A DNA stretch of 21,863 nucleotides from Deinococcales bacterium (GTDB lineage: Bacteria; Deinococcota; Deinococci; Deinococcales; JAAFIG01). Positions 1 to 7,587 of this stretch are shown here, one piece after another. The stretch is taken from assembly GCA_031414595.1 (NCBI GenBank), contig JANNVX010000118.1:1-21863 (forward strand), written 5' to 3'. Every line of letters begins with the position of its first letter. Within the stretch, counting starts at the first letter, position 1. Position numbers and translations under genes: made by a program. The notes under the pieces were generated by a model, which was not told where the DNA came from, ran no database searches, and saw only the letters and a program-made list of their open reading frames with translations.

Positions 1-2
1 GC

Positions 3-77
3 AGGACAGACACAGGGGTCTGTCCCTACAAAATCCATAAAAATACGTCAGGTAGGGGCGGACCCCCGTGTCCGCCC
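3..77. repeat. GTAG-family REP-like palindrome doublet in inverted orientation
   Basis: GTAGGGGCGGACCCCCGTGTCCGCCC (52-77, +) and GTAGGGACAGACCCCTGTGTCTGTCCT (29-3, -). Each is a GTAG foot plus an imperfect GC-rich hairpin, as in RAYT-associated REPs. They are 22 bp apart. Confidence 0.75.
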
Positions 78-108
78 TGTGACCAATTGTATGTTTTTGG
101 TTTAATTG

Positions 109-137
109 AAATCGGGAAGTTATTCTTGGACAGTTCC
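109..137 (+). mobile_element. ISAzo13-like terminal inverted repeat (element body would lie to the left), followed by a TAA target
   Basis: The reverse complement GGAACTGTCCAAGAATAACTTCCCGATTT matches the IS end at 21727-21755 at 24/29 positions. Both ends abut TAA/TTA. Confidence 0.7.
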
Positions 138-152
138 TAAATCGTGAAGTAT

Positions 153-182
153 TGTTATAATCCTTAGATCAAAAATAGGAGG
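153..182 (+). promoter_or_regulatory. Extended -10 promoter and RBS of the gasdermin-like operon
   Basis: TG-T-TATAAT at 153-161; AGGAGG at 177-182, 8 nt before ATG 191. Confidence 0.7.
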
Positions 183-190
183 CTTTGACT

Positions 191-850
191 ATGCGTGACT
201 ATGCAAAAGCAATACAAACTACTTTAGCAGCTCGAGCTATATGGGAGCCTGGTCAAACAGTTATTCCTGGAGACTACGGTATTGTCCAAGATGGTTGCTT
301 TTTACGACTTGGCTCCGTCAGTGAAATTGGAGCAAAACTTCAAAATTTTGAAGTTATAAGCGAAGGTAAATATGAATTTTCACAAGGTCTTTCATCTAGC
401 CAAATGGTATCTGCAGCAACAAAAATAGATTGGAATGGTGAAGTATTAGCCTCTTTAGATTGGTCTGGTGGATCAGGTATATTTTTGGGAGCCCCAAAAA
501 GTAGTCTACTCGGGATAAATGAATTGGGTCGAGTTGTGCGTGAAGCATTACATTCTAAGAGTTGGCAGTTTAACTGGCGATTAGTTCGACAAGTTCGCAC
601 AATGTCGAAGGGAGTAATCGCTTTTGGTGGAAACTTGGCGGTAGCAGGTAAGCTTGTTTTTGATTCACAAGTCCCCTTGACACAAACCAAGGCTTCTGCA
701 CAATCAAAACGTTCTGATGGATTTGTACATGTTCAACATAATATTAATGGCGCTGTCTATGCCCACACAGTACGCTTACGACCTTGGCTTGCACACGGAG
801 CTGCCCCATTAGATCATGAACTTTGGTATGACGATGACTTCGATGATTAA
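191..850 (+). CDS. Bacterial gasdermin-like pore-forming protein (219 aa)
   Basis: N-terminal W-x-P-x4-PGD-x9-RLG resembles the bGSDM P..I.PGD....RLG motif. Also present: Gly/Ser-rich alternating beta segments, WRLVRQVRT (compare bGSDM vVTkV), terminal strand AVYAHTVRL and a short acidic aromatic tail (WYDDDFDD). It is adjacent to a protease. Start moved from TTG 185 to ATG 191 on RBS spacing. Confidence 0.65.
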   Translation: MRDYAKAIQTTLAARAIWEPGQTVIPGDYGIVQDGCFLRLGSVSEIGAKLQNFEVISEGKYEFSQGLSSSQMVSAATKIDWNGEVLASLDWSGGSGIFLGAPKSSLLGINELGRVVREALHSKSWQFNWRLVRQVRTMSKGVIAFGGNLAVAGKLVFDSQVPLTQTKASAQSKRSDGFVHVQHNINGAVYAHTVRLRPWLAHGAAPLDHELWYDDDFDD

Positions 851-2087
851 TTATGGTAGCCATATTGAAGCTGCTTTAGATACGTTTGTCGCAGAGCCAA
901 GGCGTATACATCGAGCATGTATGGAATTGCTTCTTGAAAAAAATGCAACTGCTGCCAATCAAGTCAAACATTCTCATACTAAGTATATTGAAATAGCTGG
1001 TACACCTAACGATCCCATACGAGTTTCATACGAAATTTTACTAAAAAGACTAGGCGTTATTGCGGAAAAAATGCCCTCAATTGTGGTTGCAACTATACCT
1101 CAATCAGGACTTTGGGCTGCAACGGGTTCGCTAGGTATTCACTCAGTTGTTACAATTCCTTTAGGATTTATTTCATTTTTCAGAGTGTTTTGCACAATAG
1201 TTTTTCATGCACATGATCTTTATAAAAAATCACCTGAATTAACAGACTCAACTAACCAATTATCACAACTTTTAGGAGAACATCTAGAATTGGGTAGGCT
1301 TAATTTATCTGGTATTGAAGAATTAGCGGAAAAGAAAAAACCAATAATAGAACATATTACTCAACTTGCCTGTGAATTTTTTATTTTGCACGAAGCATGC
1401 CATGTTAGAGATAGTCATATTGAGCCAATAGCTCACGAAACCACATTTTTCCAGGAAGCACACCTGAGACATGTAAATGAATGCGCGGCAGATAGATGGG
1501 CATTTAATACACTTTTATCATCTTTTAGCAATGACTTAAATTTAGTGGCTGTTGCTATCGCAATGCTTTTTGATTGCCTTGATCTTTTGGAGCGATATGA
1601 TTTTGCACCAATGACTCGACTCAGTCATCCGTCACCTGCAGCACGAAAATGGCATTTAATACGGTTGCTTGAAGCACCAGACGCTCTTTTCTTTCTTGAT
1701 AAGCAAAAACTGCAAGAAGCAAAAGAATATTCTTTATTTTATGAAAGATTGGCGGCATTTATTGTTGACCGAGCAAAACCTACTACACCATTAAATAAAA
1801 TTCTAGAATTAGGGGAACGTGAAGGATCTAGTGTGTTTGTTGAACATATATTGTCAGAATTAGCTAAGGGAAACCCAAAACTAATAATTGAAAACCTCGC
1901 TCGTATCAGAGCAACTTCGTTTGAATGGGCTGAAGAAGGTACCAGTGACGATTATCGTTATACACTAAAAATTAACGAGTGTGTTGATATTTTAGCCAGT
2001 GAGCTACAAAAACGTTCTCAGCTTAAGAATCTAGCATCAATTTTGATAGAGGCGGCTACTTGGCAAAGTAAGAATGCACGAAAATAG
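843..2087 (+). CDS. HEXXH zinc metalloprotease, Lit (peptidase U49)/M48-like (about 414 aa)
   Basis: FFILHEACH (HEXXH at 1389-1403), ExxADxxA (E at 1479) and SHPxxxxR (from 1623). ATG 843 overlaps the upstream stop (ATGATTAA), so it is preferred over ATG 816. Confidence 0.8.
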   Translation: MINYGSHIEAALDTFVAEPRRIHRACMELLLEKNATAANQVKHSHTKYIEIAGTPNDPIRVSYEILLKRLGVIAEKMPSIVVATIPQSGLWAATGSLGIHSVVTIPLGFISFFRVFCTIVFHAHDLYKKSPELTDSTNQLSQLLGEHLELGRLNLSGIEELAEKKKPIIEHITQLACEFFILHEACHVRDSHIEPIAHETTFFQEAHLRHVNECAADRWAFNTLLSSFSNDLNLVAVAIAMLFDCLDLLERYDFAPMTRLSHPSPAARKWHLIRLLEAPDALFFLDKQKLQEAKEYSLFYERLAAFIVDRAKPTTPLNKILELGEREGSSVFVEHILSELAKGNPKLIIENLARIRATSFEWAEEGTSDDYRYTLKINECVDILASELQKRSQLKNLASILIEAATWQSKNARK

Positions 2088-2289
2088 ACGATTCTTTGAT
2101 TTACTATGAGTAAAGTCAGCGATTCAGAGGTTTTTAATCTGTCTAGTTTTACTAATTTGAAGTCGATTTGGATACATTAACCTGCACTTGAAGTCAATCA
2201 CACTATCCTCGAGTCTCTTTTTAAAATCATGCAGCAATAAAGTCATCCTGCACAGCAAAGACACGCCTACCATTCCCATCTCATAACTC

Positions 2290-2424
2290 AAACTATTCGC
2301 CAAATTTCATCAGCATTCGCATGTGCCGAAAAGCGCTTAGCTTGCCAGTCATCATGGCTCGAGTCCCATTAAGCCTGCCCTCAAGCAGCGCTATAAAATC
2401 GGCTGCTTTCGGCGTAGTAGTGGC
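2290..2424 (-). pseudogene. Possible remnant of an SCP2 sterol-binding domain C-terminus
   Basis: The translation ADFIALLEGRLNGTRAMMTGKLSAFRHMRMLMKFGE*F resembles the SCP2 pattern dF..l..GkLnp..AfmtGKlk..gdm...mk...lF. No intact N-terminus is visible. Confidence 0.45.
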
Positions 2425-2490
2425 TCGAGTCACCCGTTTTTTTGGTGGTAAAGTCTCGAAGGTTGGCACTTTGTGGTGTAGACTTTTTGC

Positions 2491-2751
2491 ATGAACTGGA
2501 ACGATATTCGTCAACTACATCCCGAGCAGTGGTTGCTACTCGAGGTTTTAGAAGCCGAATCGAGTGCAGAAACACGGTACTTGAAGAACTTAGCGGTTCT
2601 CGAGCGCTTCGATGATTCGATGACAGCACTCAGGGCTTATCGTGAACTCAAAAAGTCTTCTCCTGCACGGGAATTATTGGTTTTGCATACCAATCGGGTT
2701 GACCCAACCATTCAACAAAGACATTATGTTGGTATTCGGGGCGCTGCGTGA
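2491..2751 (+). CDS. Small hypothetical protein paired with an aspartyl protease (86 aa)
   Basis: MxWxDIRxxxPxQWLLxE N-terminus; TAGACT-N6-ATG leaderless signature (2479-2484); GTGA overlap with the next gene. Confidence 0.75.
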   Translation: MNWNDIRQLHPEQWLLLEVLEAESSAETRYLKNLAVLERFDDSMTALRAYRELKKSSPARELLVLHTNRVDPTIQQRHYVGIRGAA

Positions 2752-3122
2752 AATTGGTTGTACAACAAAGACTGTTGTTCACCGAAGTTGAATTGTTCCA
2801 TGCTGGCAAATCCATTATCATTGACCGAGTGCTTGTTGATACGGGTTCGACGGCTACGTTGTTTCAAACGGAGTTGCTCGAGTCTATAGGACTTGTTTAT
2901 GCGCCTGATGACGAAGTGCATGAGGTTTTTGGTGTTGGCGGTTCGGAGTTGGTTTTTCAAAAGCAACTCGAGAAAGTGAAATGTGGCAATTTGGAAGTTC
3001 GGGAATTTCGTGTTGAGGTCGGCTGGCTCGATTATGGCATTCACTTAAATGGCATTCTTGGACTTGATTTCTTGCTTGATACTCGAGCTATTTTGGATTT
3101 GGGTGTGGTACTTAAACCCTAA
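2748..3122 (+). CDS. Retropepsin-like (clan AA) aspartyl protease (124 aa)
   Basis: LVDTGS catalytic motif, flap GVGG and GILGLDFL psi-loop. Confidence 0.9.
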   Translation: MKLVVQQRLLFTEVELFHAGKSIIIDRVLVDTGSTATLFQTELLESIGLVYAPDDEVHEVFGVGGSELVFQKQLEKVKCGNLEVREFRVEVGWLDYGIHLNGILGLDFLLDTRAILDLGVVLKP

Positions 3123-3269
3123 CGCAATCCAAAATTCGGTTAATGTCATACAATCGCTGCATGGTTGGGCGTGTTTTACCTCAAGGCATTCGAGGTAACT
3201 TGAAGAGGTTGCCGCCCATAAGAACAGTTTACTCGAGTACACGCAAATAAAAATAAGTCAGTCTGCCGA

Positions 3270-3299
3270 TTGTGAAACATCATTGTTTTGTATTACAAT
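3270..3299 (+). promoter_or_regulatory. Putative sigma70 promoter for rnj
   Basis: TTGTGA (3270-3275)-N18-TACAAT (3294-3299). Confidence 0.55.
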
Positions 3300-3308
3300 G
3301 CCTGTACC

Positions 3309-3357
3309 GCGACGACACCGGTCGCAGAAAATCGGTGTGCTTAGGGTTTTCCTTAAG
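3309..3357 (+). promoter_or_regulatory. Structured rnj 5' leader: H-type pseudoknot plus hairpin
   Basis: Stem 1 GCGAC/GTCGC (3309-13 with 3321-25); stem 2 ACACCG/CGGTGT (3315-20 with 3333-38); A-rich linker AGAAAAT; then hairpin CTTAGGG-TTTT-CCTTAAG (3340-3357). Confidence 0.55.
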
Positions 3358-3421
3358 TTCTACAAAAGACGATTGACGGTTTGTGCAACTGAATAAGCGC
3401 ATAACAAAAGGAGTAATTTTA

Positions 3422-5065
3422 ATGAGTCAACAAAAACATCTCGAGGTCATCCCATTGGGTGGCTTTGGAGAAATCGGTAAGAACATGATGGTTTTTCGGT
3501 ACGAGCAAGAGATTCTGGTGGTGGACGGCGGCATGGCGTTCCCAGACAGCAACCAACCGGGTATAGATTTAATCATCCCCAAAATTGATTATTTGCTTGA
3601 ACATGCCGCCGAAATCAAGGCGTTTATCATTACCCACGGTCACGAAGACCACATTGGCGCACTGCCCTATATTTTGCCACGCTTGCCAAAAGTGCCGCTT
3701 TATGGCGCAAAACTCACTTTGGGTTTGCTGCGCGAAAAATTTGCCGAATTTGGCATTAGTGCCGATGATTTGGATTTGCGTGAAGTCACGACCGACGAAC
3801 GCATCAAGGTTTCAACTTGTTTCACGGTAGACATGTTCCGCATGACCCATTCGATTCCAGATAATTCGGGCTTACTGATTCACACCCCAATTGGCAATGT
3901 GATTCATACGGGTGACTTTAAGCTCGACCAGAACCCAGCCGACGGCAAAACCAGTCATCTCGAGAAAATTTCTAAAGCTGGGGCAGAAGGCGTGATGCTG
4001 CTGATTTCTGACAGCACCAGTGCCGAAAAAATGGGTTTAACCCCTTCCGAAGCCGATGTTGCCGCCGAAATCGAAAAGATTATTTCCAAAGCGGCTGGAC
4101 GGGTTTTTGTGACCACTTTTGCCAGTCATATTCACCGAATTCAAAACATTATTAGCATTGCCGAAAAGTACAACCGCCGTGTGGTCATGGAAGGGCGGAG
4201 TATGAAAAAATACGCTGAAATCGCCCAAGAACTCGGCTACATGACCTTAAAAGACCGCCTGATTAGCACCGATGAATTTGCCGACCTGCAAGCCAGCCAA
4301 GCAGTTTTTATTTGCACGGGCAGTCAAGGGCAACCAATGAGTGTTCTCTCGAGACTGGCGGCTGGCAATCATCCGCGTTTAAGTATTAAGCACGGCGATA
4401 CGGTGATTCTCTCGAGCAGCCCAATTCCGGGTAACGAAGAAGCCATTAACGTGGTCATCAACAGCCTATACCAAAAAGGTGCAAAAGTTTTTTATCCACC
4501 CAATTATAAAGTTCATGCTTCTGGACATGGCAGCCAAGAAGAACTAAAACTGATTCTCAACCTTGCCCAAGCCAAGTGGTTTTTGCCGTTTCATGGTGAA
4601 CCACGCCAACAAATCAACCATCAATGGCTCGCCGAAGCCAGTCCAACCCCACCAAAGCGCACCATTATTGCCAAAAACGGCGATGTGATTCATGTTTCCA
4701 AAGATGATTTTAAGGTGGTTGGTACAGTTCCAGCTGGGGCAGTTTATGTAGACGGGTTGGGCGTGGGCGATGTCAATGACAGCATTCTCGAGGATAGGCT
4801 CAGTATGGCAGGCGACGGGGTGCTGGTATTGGGTTGTGTCTTAAGCCCACATCCTCATGCCGAAATTGCTTCTCGAGGCTTTATAGATGCCAACCAAGAA
4901 TTATTTGACACGATTAAAGAACAAGTGATTGCGGTTCTCGAGAAGGGCGCTCGTGAAAAAAAGCATCTCGAGGCAGTGCGTGACGATGTGTACTATATGG
5001 TGCGGCGCTTTGTGCGGAAAGCCACGGGGCGCAACCCAATGATTATCCCTGTGGTGGTGGAGTAA
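3422..5065 (+). CDS. rnj: Ribonuclease J
   Basis: PLGGxGEIGKNM, HGHEDH, HTGDFK, CTGSQG, HASGH, FHGE and C-terminal RNPMIIPVVVE. AGGAG RBS before ATG 3422. Confidence 0.97.
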   Translation: MSQQKHLEVIPLGGFGEIGKNMMVFRYEQEILVVDGGMAFPDSNQPGIDLIIPKIDYLLEHAAEIKAFIITHGHEDHIGALPYILPRLPKVPLYGAKLTLGLLREKFAEFGISADDLDLREVTTDERIKVSTCFTVDMFRMTHSIPDNSGLLIHTPIGNVIHTGDFKLDQNPADGKTSHLEKISKAGAEGVMLLISDSTSAEKMGLTPSEADVAAEIEKIISKAAGRVFVTTFASHIHRIQNIISIAEKYNRRVVMEGRSMKKYAEIAQELGYMTLKDRLISTDEFADLQASQAVFICTGSQGQPMSVLSRLAAGNHPRLSIKHGDTVILSSSPIPGNEEAINVVINSLYQKGAKVFYPPNYKVHASGHGSQEELKLILNLAQAKWFLPFHGEPRQQINHQWLAEASPTPPKRTIIAKNGDVIHVSKDDFKVVGTVPAGAVYVDGLGVGDVNDSILEDRLSMAGDGVLVLGCVLSPHPHAEIASRGFIDANQELFDTIKEQVIAVLEKGAREKKHLEAVRDDVYYMVRRFVRKATGRNPMIIPVVVE

Positions 5066-5123
5066 CAGACGTTTGGCTGGGCGGTGTGTTTAATGCTGTC
5101 CAGCACTCGAGAATCTATAGCCC

Positions 5124-5510
5124 TCAAGCAGCTATTTGTACCGAAAACACTTTATTGAGTAATCCCTCGAGTTTAGCACGGTCAAAAATGCGTTTACCCT
5201 CGAGTAAATGTCCGTCGTGGGCATGTAAATGCCAATGTCGAGCGCCGCCCTGCAAGTTAATCGAAATGTACTTTAAGGGTTCTTGTAATGGCGAAACACT
5301 GGCAACAATAATTGCCTTACCGCTCTCTAATCCCAAACTGACGCTTTGTACCGTAGTTGGCAAGGTGTACTCGCGTTCCATGCGGTAGATATACTGGGTA
5401 AAATCGGATTCTTTATCAAAACGCAAGCCGTGTTGTTTGGCATACGCCTCAAGGTTACTGAGCATTTCGAGCCAACGTTCATAAATATCAAAATCGTCTG
5501 TGTGTGCCAT
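5124..5510 (-). CDS. nqo15: NADH-quinone oxidoreductase subunit 15 (frataxin-like, Deinococcota)
   Basis: YERWLEML...YA...G.RF.KE.DF...IYRMER.Y.LPTT...VSP resembles Thermus Nqo15, with a His-rich HWHLHAH strand. Leaderless TG-T-TAGACT-N6-ATG. Confidence 0.9.
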   Translation of the reverse strand: MAHTDDFDIYERWLEMLSNLEAYAKQHGLRFDKESDFTQYIYRMEREYTLPTTVQSVSLGLESGKAIIVASVSPLQEPLKYISINLQGGARHWHLHAHDGHLLEGKRIFDRAKLEGLLNKVFSVQIAA

Positions 5511-5602
5511 GAGTGGAGTCTAACATGACCAGTACAAAAACTCGAGTTTGAATTGAGCTTTAAGGACTCTTCTGAAATGGTTTTACGGCTTAGAGTGAAC
5601 AG

Positions 5603-6820
5603 GTGCAATTTTTGACTCGAGGGCTGCTGTTGTTACTGCTTTTTTTTGGGGCTGCCAGTGGGCAAATTCTGCCAGCACCAGTGCCAGTTCCGATAGCACC
5701 AATTGAACCAGCCCATCCTAAAACAGATTTGGCGCTCGAGTTGTTGGTTGTAACATCTGAGCCTGAAATTCGGGCTGGTCGTTTAGAACAGACTGATTCT
5801 GAGCAGCGTTTTTTATTGCCGATTACCAGTGTAATCCGTTCTCGAGCCGAACAAAAATTATCCAGTGGTTTAGAAGCTGCCTTGCTCGAGATAACCAAAA
5901 AAGTGCAACTGCCTAGTTTAGATGCACGGTTTTACCAAATTCAGAATCAGTGGGTGGCAAAGCAACGCAGTGCTTGGCGTTTGGATTTAGCCGCCACTCG
6001 AGCGGCAGTGCTAACGGCGTTGCAAAACCAAGGGCTGACGGCTCGAGCCGTGCTGAGCAGCCAGCCACCAAAGCGCACGGTTGAAGATTTTTATAAGCAG
6101 GGTATTCGGCATTTTTTTGGTGGTGGCACATCAAATTTTGCAGGTAGCCCAAGTTATCGTGTCCAGAATATCATTGCTGCTGCTAAGCAACTCGATGGGC
6201 GCTACCTTGCGTCAAATGCCATTTTTGCCTTTAACCAAAGTATTACTTTAAGTGCCGAACAGGGTTTTGTGCTTGGGAACATTATTCGCGGTAACAATCT
6301 ATCCAAAGAACTCGGCGGTGGGATTTGCCAAGTCAGCACCACTGTCTGGCGGGCGGCTTATAATTCGGGTCTGCCAATTCTCGAGCGTCATCAGCACAGT
6401 TACCGCGTGGCATACTATGACCCGCCGGGTTTTGAAGCCACGGTCTTTGCCCCGAGTAAGAATCTGCGTTTTCGGAACGACACCACATCAGCCCTTTGGA
6501 TGCAACTCGAGTGGGATGTAGACACAGGACAGTTGGGACTGTATTTCTTTGGGGTTCGCCCAGAGCGTCAAGTCCAGATTTCCCAGCCGCGTATCAGTAA
6601 CGAAAAACCCGCCCCTCGAGACCGTTTTGTTCCAGATGTAGGGGTCAAACTAGGCGATGTGCAGATTGTCAGTGGCGCAGAAGCTGGGATGCAAACCCGT
6701 ATAGACCGTGTTGTGCAGTACAACTCTGGGCGGATTATCCGTGACAGCACCAAAAGTCGTTATGTGCCTTGGGCAGCTATTTACGCGGTTCACCCCAAAG
6801 ACAAACGAATTAAAAGATAA
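5603..6820 (+). CDS. VanW family exported protein
   Basis: Signal peptide, GGGICQVSTTVWRAA, ERHQHS, ATV...KNLRFRN, and a G5-like C-terminus. Leaderless TAGAGT-N6-GTG. Confidence 0.9.
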   Translation: MQFLTRGLLLLLLFFGAASGQILPAPVPVPIAPIEPAHPKTDLALELLVVTSEPEIRAGRLEQTDSEQRFLLPITSVIRSRAEQKLSSGLEAALLEITKKVQLPSLDARFYQIQNQWVAKQRSAWRLDLAATRAAVLTALQNQGLTARAVLSSQPPKRTVEDFYKQGIRHFFGGGTSNFAGSPSYRVQNIIAAAKQLDGRYLASNAIFAFNQSITLSAEQGFVLGNIIRGNNLSKELGGGICQVSTTVWRAAYNSGLPILERHQHSYRVAYYDPPGFEATVFAPSKNLRFRNDTTSALWMQLEWDVDTGQLGLYFFGVRPERQVQISQPRISNEKPAPRDRFVPDVGVKLGDVQIVSGAEAGMQTRIDRVVQYNSGRIIRDSTKSRYVPWAAIYAVHPKDKRIKR

Positions 6821-6841
6821 AAGCAGCCCTATTGGGCTGCT
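6819..6841. terminator. Hairpin between convergent vanW-like and fasciclin genes
   Basis: AGCAGCCC-TATT-GGGCTGCT (6822-6841), with a short T tract on the minus strand. Confidence 0.65.
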
Positions 6842-6859
6842 CCCTCGAGACCAAAAGTT

Positions 6860-7348
6860 TTATTTAGCTGGCGGCAAAAGTACCGAATCAATCACATGAA
6901 TCACACCGTTGCTGGCGGCAACATCGACAGCCGTGACATTGGCATTATTGACCATCACTTTGCCGTTTTTGACGGTTACACGAACGGTTGCCCCATTGAC
7001 GGTTTTAACATTTTTACCGTTTAGGGTCACAACTGTGCCGCTTAGGACTTTGCCTGAAACCACGTGGTAGGTCAGGATATTGACTAATTGCCCTTTATTT
7101 TCTGGTTTCAGTAAACTTGCCACCGTGCCGGCTGGCAATTTGTCAAAGGCAGCGTTGGTTGGCGCAAAGACTGTAAATGGACCTGCGCTAGAAAGTGTTC
7201 CGACTAAATCTGCGGCGGTGACGGCAGCCACCAAAGTTGAGAAGGTGCTATTTCCAGCAGCAACGTCTACAATTGTACCGGGCGATGTCTGTGCCACCAC
7301 CGAGGATGCTAAAACTACGGCTAAACCAAATGCAAGAATTTTTTTCAT
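6860..7348 (-). CDS. Secreted fasciclin (FAS1) domain protein
   Basis: Signal peptide, [51 protein letters not shown]. Confidence 0.97.
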   Translation of the reverse strand: MKKILAFGLAVVLASSVVAQTSPGTIVDVAAGNSTFSTLVAAVTAADLVGTLSSAGPFTVFAPTNAAFDKLPAGTVASLLKPENKGQLVNILTYHVVSGKVLSGTVVTLNGKNVKTVNGATVRVTVKNGKVMVNNANVTAVDVAASNGVIHVIDSVLLPPAK

Positions 7349-7552
7349 GTCTTACCTCCAAAGCAAACTTTAACGTGCTTTAGAGTTTCGATAAGAAGCC
7401 CATCAGACATTAAAATTTTATCGTGCCACACGAATTCTTCTCAAAACCAACATAACTTACATGGCAACTGTAGCCCAAGCAGATAAGACCTATTTTTTAC
7501 TCGAGGGTAACGCCCGAAGCTATTTTGCCAAAGACTTGCCATAAAGCTGTTC

Positions 7553-7581
7553 TTGCTTTTGGCTTGCTTTGCCAATAAGGT
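7553..7581 (+). promoter_or_regulatory. Leaderless sigma70-type promoter
   Basis: TTGCTT (7553-58)-N17-TAAGGT (7576-81)-N6-ATG 7588. Confidence 0.6.
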
Positions 7582-7587
7582 GCGCCA

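Noticed and set aside
816-842. ORF-track start of the protease at ATG 816
   Set aside because: It needs a 35-nt overlap with no clear RBS; ATG 843 gives a typical coupled overlap.
2748-3122. Retropepsin as the gasdermin activator or a retroelement gene
   Set aside because: It has its own promoter, host-like composition and no RT or integrase nearby. The overlapping metalloprotease is the better partner.
5076-5104. Hairpin after rnj as an intrinsic terminator
   Set aside because: The 12-bp stem relies on four G-U pairs and has no U tract. It may be a 3' stabiliser but is not supportable as a terminator.
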